Source: the human T2T-CHM13v2.0 reference genome, Homo sapiens. From it: DNA of 64,000 bases. Numbering within the stretch: position 1 is the first letter of the stretch; each line of letters starts with the position of its first letter. Under the pieces are notes generated by a model that had not been told where the DNA came from, did not search any database, and saw nothing but the letters and a program-made list of their open reading frames with translations. A program made the translations under genes and the position numbers. Shown piece after piece: positions 42,001 through 57,490 of the stretch. The stretch is from the NCBI RefSeq assembly GCF_009914755.1, contig NC_060947.1, one strand, 5' to 3'.

Positions 42001-42782
42001 CTAGTTCCTACACATTTCTTCTGCTAATCCAAATTTAGAAAGGGTAAGACAAAGGGACTCTTAACACTCTTGCTTCAACCAGACTCTGAAGGAAGAGACC
42101 TGAAAACCTGCTGTGGTCAGAAATCTTACCTGTGGCTAGCATTTTCGTCAGGGGTCTCAGGATCCTATAGTTTCAGCATTTGTGGAGTGAGCTGGTCCCT
42201 GCCAGTGAGGCCCTGGGTTGGGTGCCAACTATAGGGGAGCAAAAATAGGCTTTCCTCCACCCTTCTAGGTTCCTTGGCTGGGCTATGAATTAAATGGATA
42301 TAAGACAGATTAACTGGATTTTGAAAACCTATTTCATTACATACATATGTATGGGAATCCCACAAATTATGAGACTTGTAGAAGGGTCAGATTATTGTGT
42401 TATAGGACCAACAGGTTTGTATGCCCACTGTGCAGTAACATACCAATACACTGAAACAGAAGGGTTTGCAGCAGAGAAAGAGTCTAGTGATTGCATGGCA
42501 CCAAGTGAGGAGATGGGAGGAGACCCTCAAATCAATCCTCTCAAGGAGTTCTGGGCTGGGGTTTCTAAGGGGCTCATGGAGGGTGAGGGGGCTGGAAAAT
42601 TGGGGCCATTGATTGCTTGGGGTAAGGGGGATGAAATAATCAGGATGTGTAAACTGCATTCTTTGGTGAGTCAGCTTCTTGTGGGGTTCTTCACCCCAGC
42701 TGATGTTAGTAGTTTCACTGGCATACAGGACCTGAAAGAATATCTCAAATGGAAAACTTAATACTTTATAATGTTCAAGTTG

Positions 42783-43566
42783 TGCACTGTATTATCATTA
42801 TGTTCATCAAGCATGAGTGAATTAGCACCTTATGGTTATAAATGTTGACTCATAATATTCAATTTAATCCAGCTACAATTGACTTGGCTGGGTTCAGGCT
42901 CCCACCGTGCTGGATCATAGCATCCCCAAATTTTAAAAATACCAAATGCATGACAGTGCTCCCATGAGTGATCATGAGGTGATTAGTTATTGTTCCATTG
43001 AGATGTCTTATTTAAGGGGAACAAGCTGGCAATCTTAGTGTCCATGGCCCTGAAGAACCAGATGCCAGGTTTAATTTCAGTATAAGTCACACCTAAGTGT
43101 TATGGGCCTGGAGCAAGGAAGGTAGAACTTCCCGAGTGGGTTTCTAATTTCTCAAAGCTTGGTAGTTTAAGAAGGTGAATTGGAGGTGATAAGCGTGTTA
43201 ACAAGGAATTATTTGACTTGGATGTGCTATGTACCATAAATGACTGAACGTCTTATGTAATATTAAGGATTTGCTGTACTGGACAATGGGCGTGTATGCA
43301 AATCTGTCCTTGTGGTATGTTCAATAAATGTATGATAGGTTATTATGGCATTATTGTTCTTGCTGGATATTCATGGAAGTAGGAATTTAATGTATGATAA
43401 TACATCAATGTACAATGTATGATTAAGCATATATGATACTGGTACATTAATTCTTGGGGTCGAGCAGGAATGCACAATGTACATAGTTGTACTATTAATT
43501 TTTGTGGATTCTTCAATACTGACATAGCAGTTAAAATAAAATTACTGTACTCCCAAGTAGAGAAAT
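42783..43566 (-). other. NUMT control region (D-loop) incl. central conserved domain and CSB1-like block
   Basis: Minus strand TTCCCCTTAAATAAGACATCTC, CCTGGCATCTGGTTCTT, CATGCTTGATGAACATAAT. Confidence 0.85.
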
Positions 43567-43633
43567 CAGGGGATAGTTAAGGTACAACTTAAGCTTTGGG
43601 TGCTAGTGGTGAAGCAGGAAGCTTCCTCCTTGA
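43567..43633 (+). pseudogene. NUMT mt-tRNA-Pro
   Basis: CAGGGGATAGTT...AGCTTTGGGTGCTAGTGGTG; TGG anticodon; expected position. Confidence 0.85.
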
Positions 43634-43636
43634 AAT

Positions 43637-43705
43637 TGTCCTGGGGAGGAGGGCCCTCCATTTTTGGTTTACAAGACCAAAGTAATTTAATTATACTACA
43701 AGGAC
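43637..43705 (-). pseudogene. NUMT mt-tRNA-Thr
   Basis: GTCCTTGTAGTATAA...GGTCTTGTAAACC. Confidence 0.9.
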
Positions 43706-44831
43706 TTCTTCATTTGGGTAACTTGTTTTCTATTAGACTAGTGAGTGACATGAAAACAAGGATGAGGGAAAAATATGCAATAGATGCTGCTTAGCCGATG
43801 ATGATGAAGGGGTGTTGGACAGCTTGGCCTCTGATTCATGTAAGCTTAAGAAGGTCTGCTACTAAAACTCAGCATAAGCATTGACTTAATGGTTGAAATA
43901 TCATGCTTCGCTGCTTGGATATGTGAAGTATTGGAAAAATAGTTAGGATACGAATGAAGAGGACAAAGGCCAGTACCCCTCTTACTTTGTTAGGGACAGA
44001 ATGTAGAATTGTGTAGGCAAACAAAAAGTATCACTCTGGTTTATTGTAGGATGGTGTATTGAGGGTATTTGCCAGAGTCTAGTTGGTCAGGTGAGAATAA
44101 ATAGGTCAGATGAGAATAAAGTAGTAATAGAAGAAAGGGGATCAGGCTTAAGATGTCTTTGTATAGTAGGGGTGAAATGGAATTTTGTTAGAATCTGATG
44201 AAACTCCTGACAGATTGTTAGATGCTGTCTTGTGGAGAAATAAAAGGTGGACAGCTACTAGGGCTACAATAACAAAGGGTAAGATGAATTGAAGGCGAAG
44301 AATCGTGTGAGGGTGGCCTTGTCAACTGAAAAGCCCCGACAAATTCACTGCACAAGGTCAGTGCCAGTATATGGAATAACGGATACGAGGTTGTGATTTC
44401 TGTTGTACCTTAGAAGTTTATCTATCCTCATAGCAGGACATAACCTATAAATGCTGTACTATTATGGCAAATAATAAACTAATACCAATGTTTCAGGTTT
44501 CTAGGCAAGTATAAGACCCGTAATATAAGCCTCATCCTACATGTAAGAAGAAGAAGATGAAGAATATTGATGCTCCATTGGCATGTAGATATTGGATAAA
44601 TCAGCCATAATTTACATCTCAACAGATGTGGGTGATGGAGGAGAATGCAGCTATTATATCTGGTATATAGTGTATGGCTAGGAACAGTCCTGTAATAATT
44701 TGTAGGGCCAGGCAGTCACCTAGAAGAGAGCCAAAATTTCATCATGCAGAAATGTTTGGTAGTGCTAATAGGTCAATAAATGAGTGATTAATAATTTTTA
44801 TTAAGCAGTGGGTTTTTTGGATGTTGGTCAC
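43706..44831 (-). pseudogene. NUMT cytochrome b pseudogene
   Basis: Starts GTGACCAACATCCAAAAAACCCAC; recognisable [41 protein letters not shown] segments; many lesions. Confidence 0.95.
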
Positions 44832-44835
44832 TAGA

Positions 44836-45390
44836 GTTCTTATAGTCGAAGTACTGTATTAGGGCTCTCTAGAGGGACAGAGCTAATGGAATATATATAT
44901 ATATATTTCATTATATATACTCCCTTTATATATATATATATATTTATATGAGAGTTTATTAAGTATGAACTCACACGATCACAAGGTCCCACAATAGGCT
45001 GTCTGCAGGCTGAGGAGCAAGGAGAGCCAGTCCAAGTTCCAAAACTGATGATCTTGGAGTCCAATGTTTGAGAGCAGGAAGCGTCCAGCATGGGAGAAAG
45101 ATGTAGGCTGGGAGGCTAGGCCAGTCTCTCCTTTCACATTTTTCTGCCTGCTTGTATTCTAGATGCACTGGCAGCTGATTAGATGGTGCCCACCCAGATT
45201 AAGGGTGGGTCTGCTTTTCCCAGCCTGCGGACTCAAATGTTAATCTCCTTTGGTAGCACTCTCACAGGCACACCCAGGATCAATACTTTGTTTCCTTCAA
45301 TCCAATCAAGTTGACGCTCACTATTAAGCATCACAAGTACAACGATGATTTTTCATGTCATTGGTCATGGCTAAATTCCATGTGAAAATT
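44836..45390 (+). pseudogene. NUMT mt-tRNA-Glu split by an MLT2 LTR
   Basis: GTTCTTATAGTCGAAGTAC [insert] AACGATGATTTTTCATGTCATTGGTCATGG. Confidence 0.9.
44855..45335 (-). mobile_element. MLT2A-like solo LTR (ERVL)
   Basis: TGTATTAGGGCTCTCTAGAGGGACAG...CATCACA, internal (TA)n, 5-bp TSD AGTAC. Confidence 0.85.
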
Positions 45391-45419
45391 ATGACATCGA
45401 CTGTGTAGGAGTTAAAGAG

Positions 45420-45730
45420 GAGCTGGGCATGGTGGCTCAAGCCTGTAATCCCAGCACTTTGGGGGGCCAAGGCGGGTGGATCCTGAGATCAGGAGATCAA
45501 GACCAGCCTGGCCAACATGGCAAAACCCCATCTCTACTAAAAATACAAAAATTAGCCGGGGGGGGGGTGGTGGCGGATGCTTGTAATCCCAGCTACTCAG
45601 GAGGCTGAGGTCGGAAAATTGTTTGAACCTAGGAGGTGGAGGTTGCGGTGAGCCAAGATTGCACCATTGCACTCCAGCCTGGGCAACAAGGGTGAAACTC
45701 CATCTCAAAAAAAAAAAAAAAAAAAAAAAG
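45420..45730 (+). mobile_element. Alu
   Basis: Consensus with poly-A; AAAGAGGA precedes it and recurs after the SVA. Confidence 0.9.
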
Positions 45731-45739
45731 AACGGAAGA

Positions 45740-47260
45740 GCTCTCCCTCTCCCTCTCCCTCTCCGTCTCCCTCTCCCTCTCCCTTCCCCTCCCCCTCCCC
45801 CCTCCCGTCTCTGTCTCCCTTTGCACGGTCTCCCTCTGATGCCGAGCGGAGGCTGGATTGTACTGCCGCCATCTCGACTCACTGCAACCTCCCTGCCTGA
45901 TTCTCCTGCCTCAGCCTGCAGAGTGCCTGGGATTGCAGGCAGGCGCCGCCACACCTGACTGGTTTCCGTATTTTTTGGTGGAGACGGGGTTTCGCTGTGT
46001 TGGCCGGGCTGGTCTCCAGCTCTTGACTGCGAGTGATCTGCCAGCCTCGGCCTCCCGAGGTGCCGGGATTGCAGACGGAGTCTCGCTCACTCAGTGCTCA
46101 GTGTTGCCCAGGCTGGAGTGCAGTGGCCTGATCTCGGCTCGCTACAACCTCCACCTCCCAGCTGCCTGCCTTGGCCTCCCAAAGTGTCCAGATTGCAGCC
46201 TCTGCCTGGCCGCCACCCCGTCTAGGAAGTGAGGAGCGTCTCTGCCTGGCCGCCCATCATCTGGGATGTGAGGAGCCCCTCTGCCCGGCTGCCCAGTCTG
46301 GGAAGTGAGGAGCGCCTCTTCCCGGCCATCATCCCATCTAGGAAGTGAGGAGCATCTCTGCCCGGCCGCCCATCGTCTGGGATGTGGGGAGCGCCTCTGC
46401 CCCGCCACCGTCTGAGATGTGAAGAGCGCCTCTGCCTGGCCGCGACCCCATCTGGGAACTGAGGAGTGTCTCTGCCCCGCTGCCACCCCGTCTGGGAGGT
46501 GAGGAGCGTCTCTGACCGGCTGCCCAGTCTGAGAAGTGAGGAGCCCCTCCGCCTGGCAGTCACCCCATCTGGGAAGTGAGGAGCGTCTCCGCCTGGCAGC
46601 CGCCCCGTCCGGGAAGTGGGGGGCAGCCCCCGCCCGGCCGCCACCCCGTCTGGGAGGTGGGGGGCGCCTCTGCCCGGCCGCCCCGTCTGGGAAGTGAGGA
46701 GCCCCTCTGCCCGGCCGCCACCCCGTCTGGGAGGTGTACCCAACAGCTCATTGAGAACGGGCCATGATGATGATGGCGGTTTTGTCGAATAGAAAAGGGG
46801 GAAATGTGGGGAAAAGAAAGAGAGATCAGATTGTTACTGTGTCTGTGTAGAAAGAAGTAGACATAGGAGACTCCATTTTGTTCTGTACTAAGAAAAATTC
46901 TTCTGCCTTGGGATGCTCTTAATCCATAACCTTACCCCCAACCCCGTGCTCTCTGAAACATGTGCTGTGTCCACTAAGGGTTAAATGGATTAAGGGCAGT
47001 GCAATATGTGCTTTGTTAAACAGATGCTAGAAGGTAGCATACTCGTTAAGAGTCATCACCACTCCCTAATCTCAAGTACCCAGGGACACAAACACTGCGG
47101 AAGGCGGCAGGGCCCTCTGCCTAGGAAAACCAGAGACCTTTGTTCACATGTTTATCTGCTGACCTTCCCTCCACTATTGTCCTATGACCCTGCCAAATCC
47201 CCCTCTCCAAGAAACACCCAAGAATGATCAATAAATACTAAAAAAATTAAAAAAAAAAAA
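45740..47260 (+). mobile_element. Full-length SVA retrotransposon
   Basis: (CCCTCT)n hexamer, antisense Alu-like domain, GC-rich VNTR (~46190-46735), SINE-R, AATAAA and poly-A; TSD AAAGAACGGAAGA on both sides. Confidence 0.95.
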
Positions 47261-48269
47261 GAACGGAAGAAAGAGGAGACAAACACGAAACGCTGCTTGC
47301 AGTTAAAGACAGGTTTACTTTAGATAAAACCTGAGAGGCGCTCCTGGCTGATTTTGGTCAGGAGCGCTTTCTCTTATGGACTAAGAGTATATATTGGTTT
47401 TAGGGTGAGGGGGCTTATCACAAGCTTGGAATGTTTCTGTGTGGAGAGAAGTTTCTGGCAGAGTTGGAATGTCTCTGGGAGGAGGCAAGACAAAGATGTC
47501 TTGGGGCAGACATCTTTCCTGCCAGAGGGGGCTTATCTCGAGGCTGGCATCTTCCTGGCTGGAGGGGTGTTTATCTCAGGGCTAGCATGTCTCTGGTCGA
47601 GCAGGAGTTTGGAATGTTTCTGGTTGGAGATGCTATTTGTGGTTTATGGTCATGCTGACCTTAGCCATTAGGCTGATGCCCTTTGGATTTAGGTGGTTTT
47701 TTACTAAGGTGAACTTTAGAATGAGGGGCTCATCCAAGATGGCAATGTTCCTGCTCTGTCAGACTGTATTTTTATTAAGTGCAATTTTTGTTGTGGGCTT
47801 TGTGGGTTCTTCTTCAAAGCCTTCACCTATTTATGGAGGTTTAGGGTTGATCATTAGTCGACGAGTAGGTTGTGGTATTGTGTTAAATTTTGGTGGTGCT
47901 TTTCTGGGGTTAATCTTTTTTTTAATTTACTTGGGGTGAATGATAGTGGTTTTGGAATGTACTACAGCAATGGCTACTGAGGAGTACTCTGAAGCTTGGG
48001 GCTCAAGTGTTGTTATGGGGTGCCCTGTTGTTAGGGTTATTGTTAGAATTATTTATGGTTATGTGAATAGTGCATTATGATGAGGTAGAAATTATTACTG
48101 ATTATTAAAATATGGAAAATTGGGTGATTTTTAAGGGTGAGGAAGTAGGGCTTTGTGAAGATTCTGTAGGTATTGCTGCATTGTACAGTTATGGTAGTTG
48201 ATTAATGGTGGTTTCCGGTTTATCTTTGTCAGCATTTTTATTGTGATTGAGATTACTTGGGGAAACAGG

Positions 48270-50772
<2,503 letters not shown>

Positions 50773-50843
50773 TACTTTTATTTGGAGTTGCACCAATCTT
50801 TTTGGCTCCTAAGGCCAATGAATAGCTTCTATCCTTTAAAAGC
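50773..50843 (-). pseudogene. NUMT mt-tRNA-Leu(CUN)
   Basis: GCTTTTAAAGGATAG...TTGGTGCAACTCCAAATAAAAGTA. Confidence 0.9.
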
Positions 50844-50898
50844 TGAGCCTTATTGTTAGATATGGGGACATGAATTAGCAGTTCTTGCATGCTTTCTT
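50844..50898 (-). pseudogene. NUMT mt-tRNA-Ser(AGY)
   Basis: AAGAAAGCATGCAAGAACTGCTAATTCATG. Confidence 0.85.
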
Positions 50899-50967
50899 GG
50901 TAAATAAGAAGTTGGAGGCTTCTATTATTAGACTCACAATCTAATGTTTTGGTTCAACTGTATTTAC
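50899..50967 (-). pseudogene. NUMT mt-tRNA-His
   Basis: GTAAATACAGTTGAACCAAAACATTAGATTGTGAGTCTAAT. Confidence 0.9.
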
Positions 50968-52453
50968 AATATATGAAGCCCAAAATCATTTTGGGGTTCA
51001 GTGACAGGAAGAGGAGAGGTAAAAGATGTATGGACATTAAGGTGTTTTCTCATGTAAAGGAAGGTTTAATGCTATTAACGTAATAGGTAAATATCCCTCA
51101 TTGTGTTATAATTAATATATATATAGTGAATAGAGGGCTGTGATTAACATGTTAAGTCCTATTAACACATACTGAAGTTACATCAGGAGAATGAAGCTAT
51201 AGTTACAAAAAATTCTCCAATTTGGTTGATGGTTGTGGGGAGAGGGAGATTAGTAAGACTAGCTAAAAGCCATCACACACCTATTAGGGGAGTGTTTGGA
51301 GACCTCAGTGCTGCTTGGCCCACTGGAGACCTCTGTGGCTGGCAATGCCCCTGGCTGGGCCTCACTCAGCCCTGGGCTTGCCACAGGAGGCACCCTGCTC
51401 ACTCGGCCCAGTGGGCTGCACTTGGCTTGTGCTCCGGCCTGGATCCCCCACTCACTGTGGGATCCATGCTCAGCCCTCAGCTGGGCCAAGTGTGCCACGA
51501 CCTGCTTCCACCTTGGGCTTAGGCGTCTGGATGAAGGGACTGTGGTGGTGCCTGAACAGGGATGCCAGTGACCTCGAAGCCGCAAAGGGGGTGTTGCAGC
51601 ATGCTAACAGCTCTTTCAGTCCCACTGTCCACAGCCTGACAAAGGAGGGCATGTGGCGCTCAGCGGCTCCCTCTCCTGCTTGCTCAGCAAGCCAGAGGCG
51701 AGTGCTACAGTTACAGTTCTGTTCGCACACACCACTCAGGGGGTCCCAAGTTCTTCTCCCACATCCAAGAAGAATGAGGTTATGCTGACAGACAGTGGGT
51801 GAGCAAGGCAAACTGAGTGATGAAACAGCTCTCAGTGGAGAGGGGGACCCAAGTTGGGCAGCCCTTTTACCCAAAGTCAGGTAGGCTCCCCACAACCTGC
51901 AGGCGGGTAGTCCCAAAGTGTGAATGAGTCTGGGGCTTTTATGGACTCAGAATGGGGAAGTGTGTGCTGATTAGTTTGAGTGTGCAAAAAAAAGGCTAAA
52001 AAAAAGACACCACTCAAAGATGGGCACAACGGTGTAAAAAACTAATTAGGGAAGGGTAGGTATATGTAAAATAGGTGAAGGGTGGGGATCAATCAGAGGA
52101 AAGCACGCCAAACAGGAAGAGAGGTTCTCAATCCGGTCTGTGGATTTATTCGAGACTTGTAGCTTGGTTTTCAGACTTTAAACTGTCTTTGGTTTGAAGG
52201 TCAGGTTTCACAGGGGACCCGCCCCTGTCTGCCTAGGGATTTGTCTGCCTCCTGCTGCTATCATCAGGCTAATAGTATTGTTCAACTATGGATTCGTTCA
52301 TAATTTGAGTTTGCAAGGCAAAACAGTATAGATGATGTGAGTCCATGGGCAATTATTAGGACAACTGCACCCATAAAACTTCAGGGTATTTGGATGAGGA
52401 TGGCTACAGTAAAAAGTGCCATGTGGCTGCTTACAGAAGAATAGGCAATGAGA
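50968..52453 (-). pseudogene. NUMT ND4 pseudogene (3' portion), split by an LTR
   Basis: [40 protein letters not shown]-like segments. Confidence 0.9.
51309..52263 (-). mobile_element. GC-rich solo LTR, MER52/LTR27-28 group (ERV1)
   Basis: 4-bp TSD TCAG (51305-51308, 52264-52267); minus strand starts TGATAGCAGCAGGAGGCAGACAAATCCCTAGGCAGACAGGGGCGGGTCCCC. Confidence 0.75.
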
Positions 52454-54339
52454 TATAGAACAGTTAAGGGGAACTATAATCTTGTAACAGGGTCTACATG
52501 ATTTTGAAGCAGTAGGCAGCAAACAACTATGAGGAATCAGGTCAGAGGGCAAGCTGACCTCATGAATTCAGCATGAAGCTGAATTTGCTGCGAGTTTGGT
52601 TTATTTTTTTTCTCTCCCTCCCTTCTTCCCTGATTAATTTTATGAAGTTTATAGGGATTGTTTCAATTGAAGCTTACACAGCATCCTGAACTACAGAAAG
52701 GAATAGGGGCTTGGGGCTTCCTGGGGGCTGGTGGCAACACAAGAGTTATGGGAGAGCAAGGGAAGGAAATGTGTGGTAACAGAGGTTGTCTTGTTATGCA
52801 GATAAAAAGTCTTTCAGGTAATAAAACTTCTCTCAAAGCAGCTCTCAGAAGAATAGGTGATTGTCTGGGTGTGGTGTCAGCCTCCGATCTCCTCTCCTGT
52901 GATCCAAGTTAATCTTCCCTGGTTGGTAAGATTCCTAGAGAGGGGATTCATGACAATTACATTCCTTTTGGAGGAGCCAGCTTTAGGCAGATAAGGGGAG
53001 CTCAGAGACAGCCTCTGCCTGTATCCACTGTTCCCCAAGTGCCCTTGGTTCAAATAATCAGCATACCAAAGTGGCATATTTTGGGATGGCATCTCCTGAA
53101 CTCCTTCACATGTAAAGTACTTAGCATAGTCACTTGGCAGGATGTGAGCGCTCAGAGAAGGTTAGGTATTATTATGATACAAAGTTATTCATTTAACATT
53201 GAGTCTCTCCTACCTACTGGGTGGCAGGTTCTGTGCTAGAGTGAACAAAGATGAGTAAGACACTCTCCCTGGCCTTAAAGAGCTCTCAGTTTAGTGAGAG
53301 ACAGGTGTGGATAAAGATAACCACAGTACAGTACTATCACAGGGGGATGAATCAAATGCTATAAGAGCTAAGAAGGAGGTAGCCTCGCCTACAGGGGAAA
53401 ATCAGGAAGTGCTTCCCAGAGCAAGTGATCTTTGAGCCAAGTTATGAGTAATGAATAGAAATTTGCCAGGCACAGACAAGGAAGATGACATTCCAGGCAG
53501 AAGGTACCACCTATGTGAATGCATGAAGGCCTAAGAGAACATGATAGGTTTGGAGAACTAGGAGAGTTTGCTAAAGATTCAGCTTAGGATCCACGAAGGA
53601 ACAAAATGAAAAGGATGTCAGCAGGCAGATTAGAAAGGATCTTAAAGTCATGTTATTGAGTTTGACCTTTAACAGAATGCCCCTCCGGGCCAAAGTTATT
53701 CTCTCCATTCCTCTAACACCTTGAACACACCTTTATCAAAATATTTATCAAATTAACATTTGATTATTTGTTTACCTGTCTCTTCCGTGGAACTATGGAC
53801 CCCTTAAGAGCTTAAACCTCGGGTAGTGTTCGAATTCTCAATGCCTAGCATTCAGGTAGCACACAGCATGTATGGAAAGAGCAAAGGAAGGAATTTCTCC
53901 AAGGTCCCACAGCTATTCAGTAGCAGAGTTGGGCTAAAGGGATCCTCCCACCTCAGCCTCCCAAAGTGTTGGGATTACAGGCGGGAGCCACTGCACCTGG
54001 CCAGATTAATGCTTTTTATATTGTGTTACTTAGAGCCCTTGAGTCCCTCACCTGGAGTGCCACTCACTGAGCAGGTTGAGGAAGATGGGCCAGTGGCTGA
54101 GTTGGCAGGCTTCTTTGTATCCTCTTCAAATACATCAGTCCTTTTAGAAATTACAGGCTCTCTAAAACTTGTTTTGGAAAAAGAATTATGCTACTACAAA
54201 AAGTTTAAGTACCGTTATACTTTCATGATTGTTAAGTGCCCTAAACTAGGATTTTAAAAAGTCTCCCATGCACAACAGGAGTTTAATATGATAAAGTGTT
54301 TACACACAAAACACAGCAAACGACTCGTTTTTATTATTC

Positions 54340-55081
<742 letters not shown>

Positions 55082-56017
55082 GACTAATTTTGAAAGCCAT
55101 AAAAAATGACTTACAAAGTTTAAGACCAAATTAAGACTGTGCACATTTTTTTCCTCTTAAGTAACAGTAAAGACATGTTTTAATCCAAGCAAATGCAGAG
55201 AAGCAAATTATCTTTACTCTCACAATTACTACATTTCTAAGTCTCCTCCACAAGTACTATCTTTTTCTTTATATTCCCTGCCAAGCCTGACCCTGAAAGG
55301 TCAGTTTACTAGAGGTGCCAGATAAACCAAATAGGTAATTCGCCAAAGCCTCACTTCCTTCTTAGTTTATAAAGCAGGGGTTGCAAGGGAAGGTTTATTA
55401 GAATCACCTGGGAAGCTTTTTCAACCTACATGTGTGCCACAGCCTCCTCTCCCTCTTAGGAAGCACTGTTCTAGTTTGGGGCTTCAATCTGTCCCACATT
55501 AAAGGTCTTCATCTTTCTAAATCCTACCCAACTGAAGGTTAATGGAGTAGAAACAATTGAACGCAGAAGTCACTGACTTTGTCACAAACTGGCTGGACAA
55601 GTCCCTTAACCTTTCTGGTCTCAAGTTTTTCCTCCGATTTTGGGGGTTCCCTTTAAACTTTGACATTCTTCTATGTGACCGCATGTCATGTCTAAGAAGC
55701 CTTCTGAACTACTCCTAGCATGGGATGACTTGCCCTTTCTTGCTTTTCCAACAGCCTGTGCAATACAACATATCACCTATTTTATACTGTCCTATATTGC
55801 CCTCTAGTTGTTTTTTAATGAAGCTTTTTTTCTTCTCAACGATATGTAGTTTAAAATACTAGTTTAAAAGTTTATTTTCAGGGGTAGACAGTGTGCCTGC
55901 TACTTAAATCTCCTAGGACAATTCAGGCTGCGTCCTAAGGTAATCAGTATGTATTTATATTGCTTTGTTCAAAACAATGACGTCCCTTCTTTGAAGTCCT
56001 GAAATTATGTTTTCCAT

Positions 56018-56325
56018 CAGTTCTGTCCAGTAGAAATATAATGGGAGCTACAAATATAGTTTTAAATTATCTGGCAGGCACATTTACAAAGTGAAAAGAA
56101 AGAAGTACAATTAATTCTAATAATATATTTAATCCAACATATCCAAAAGACTATCATTTCAACATGTAGTCCATGTAAAAAGTATTTACATTTTTCATTC
56201 TTTTTTTTTAAATGTCTTTGAAATCTGGGGTGTTTTTTACACTTGCAGCACATCTCGATTCAAAATAGCCACTTTCAAGTGCTTAGTAACCACATGTAGC
56301 TAGTAACTACCTACTGAACAATGCT
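56018..56325. mobile_element. MER33/MER3-like hAT DNA transposon fossil
   Basis: CAGTTCTGTCCAGTAGAAATATAATG...GTAACTACCTACTGAACAATGCTG terminal motifs. Confidence 0.55.
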
Positions 56326-56789
56326 GTTCTGCATAAGTTGGCTGCTTTCCAAACTGATCACTTTTTTTTTTAATTCAGATAATGACTGATACTGAGTACT
56401 CAGGCTAGCCAGAGTGGTGCAAAGATGAGTCAAATTCATTCTGATAAGAGAGATTTGTAAGTCACTAGCAATTATACAGCGTGGTAGGTGCCATGATAGA
56501 GATGCATAGGAGAAACCCAGACTTGGCGGCTGAAGGGCACAGGGTGGAAGGCGGTAGAGAGACAAGGAAGGTTGCACAGAAATAACATTTGATGTAGGAA
56601 CTAAGTGCACGAAGGGAAGCCGGCTGTGCGGTGACCGGAGTTGCAGGTTGCCAATCTTGCTGAGGGGGGCTCCACCGGACGCCGGCCTACGGGTCGTAGG
56701 CGTGTGTGGGGTGAAGGGGGAAGAGGACGGGAGAGGATTGGCTGGGAGGAACCCGGAGCTCCATCTGGTGGGTGGACGGAAACCGCAGG

Positions 56790-56895
56790 GGGGCGCTACT
56801 TGCACTTCGCGCTCAAGCGACCGGATCTTCAAACCGTGGGAGTGGTGCGGCGGCTAGAGTCCCTGGACTCCTCAACCTAGGGAGCTACTCGCGAG
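56790..56895 (+). other. IGBP1: Non-coding first exon of IGBP1 (start approximate)
   Basis: Strong donor GAG|GTAAGG at 56895/56896 inside the CpG region. Confidence 0.65.
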
Positions 56896-57302
56896 GTAAG
56901 GGGCGCGCCAGACTGGCTCCTAAAACGCACTCGCTCGTCCGCACTCCTCGCGCTCCGAATTCAGCCTCGCCTCACCCGGGCTTCAGAGCCCACAGAACTT
57001 CTCAGCCCCGTGTCGGCGACGAGGAGCTCATGGTAAAACAGCGCCTAGGGTTTTGCTTGTTTGTTTGCTTTTAACAGATGCCTACGACTTGTAACGGGCT
57101 GCCTGGTAAAATGAGTCTATGGAAACGGTTGCCAGGGCCGGCTAACAGCGGCTCCCGGAAGTCCTTTGATGCTTTGTTAACAGTGAAGCTACTGGACCAA
57201 TGAGGTGCTTCTTCCGGTTTTGTCCGCGCTCGCCTAATTCTTCTTTATCAAGGTTGCCTTTGACCCCGGAAAAGAGATCTTCCGGGTTCCTCTCTCCCCA
57301 AG

Positions 57303-57490
57303 ATGGCTGCTGAGGACGAGTTACAGCTGCCGCGGCTCCCCGAGCTGTTCGAAACTGGTAGACAGTTACTGGACGAAGTAGAAGTGGCGACTGAACCCGC
57401 CGGTTCCCGGATAGTCCAGGAGAAGGTGTTCAAGGGCTTGGACCTCCTTGAGAAGGCTGCCGAAATGTTATCGCAGCTCGACTTGTTCAG
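57303..57490 (+). CDS. IGBP1: IGBP1 (alpha4, PP2A/PP4/PP6 regulator, TAP42 family) first coding exon
   Basis: AAGATGG Kozak; [27 protein letters not shown]...LSQLDLF; donor CAG|GTATGG, phase 2. Confidence 0.97.

Larger units (their letters stand above)
45404..47761 (-). mobile_element. LTR47-like solo LTR (ERVL) hosting an Alu and an SVA
   Basis: 5-bp TSD GACTG (45399-45403, 47762-47766); minus strand starts TGACAGAGCAGGAACATTGCCATCTTGG. Confidence 0.7.
45391..48269 (+). pseudogene. NUMT ND6 pseudogene, interrupted after its first codons (resumes at 47762)
   Basis: ATG right after tRNA-Glu; [47 protein letters not shown]. Confidence 0.9.
56610..57490 (+). promoter_or_regulatory. IGBP1: CpG-rich promoter region of IGBP1
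   Basis: High CpG density; ETS-type CCGGAAGT at ~57155; CTCF-like CCGCAGGGGGGCGC at ~56783. Confidence 0.85.

Noticed and set aside
45412-47227. Multiple 100-180 aa ORFs with repeated motifs, superficially array-like
   Set aside because: Alu/SVA hexamer and VNTR; no unique spacers, eukaryotic context, so not CRISPR or coding
51226-51916. Overlapping 90-157 aa ORFs
   Set aside because: Lie within the GC-rich MER52-like LTR
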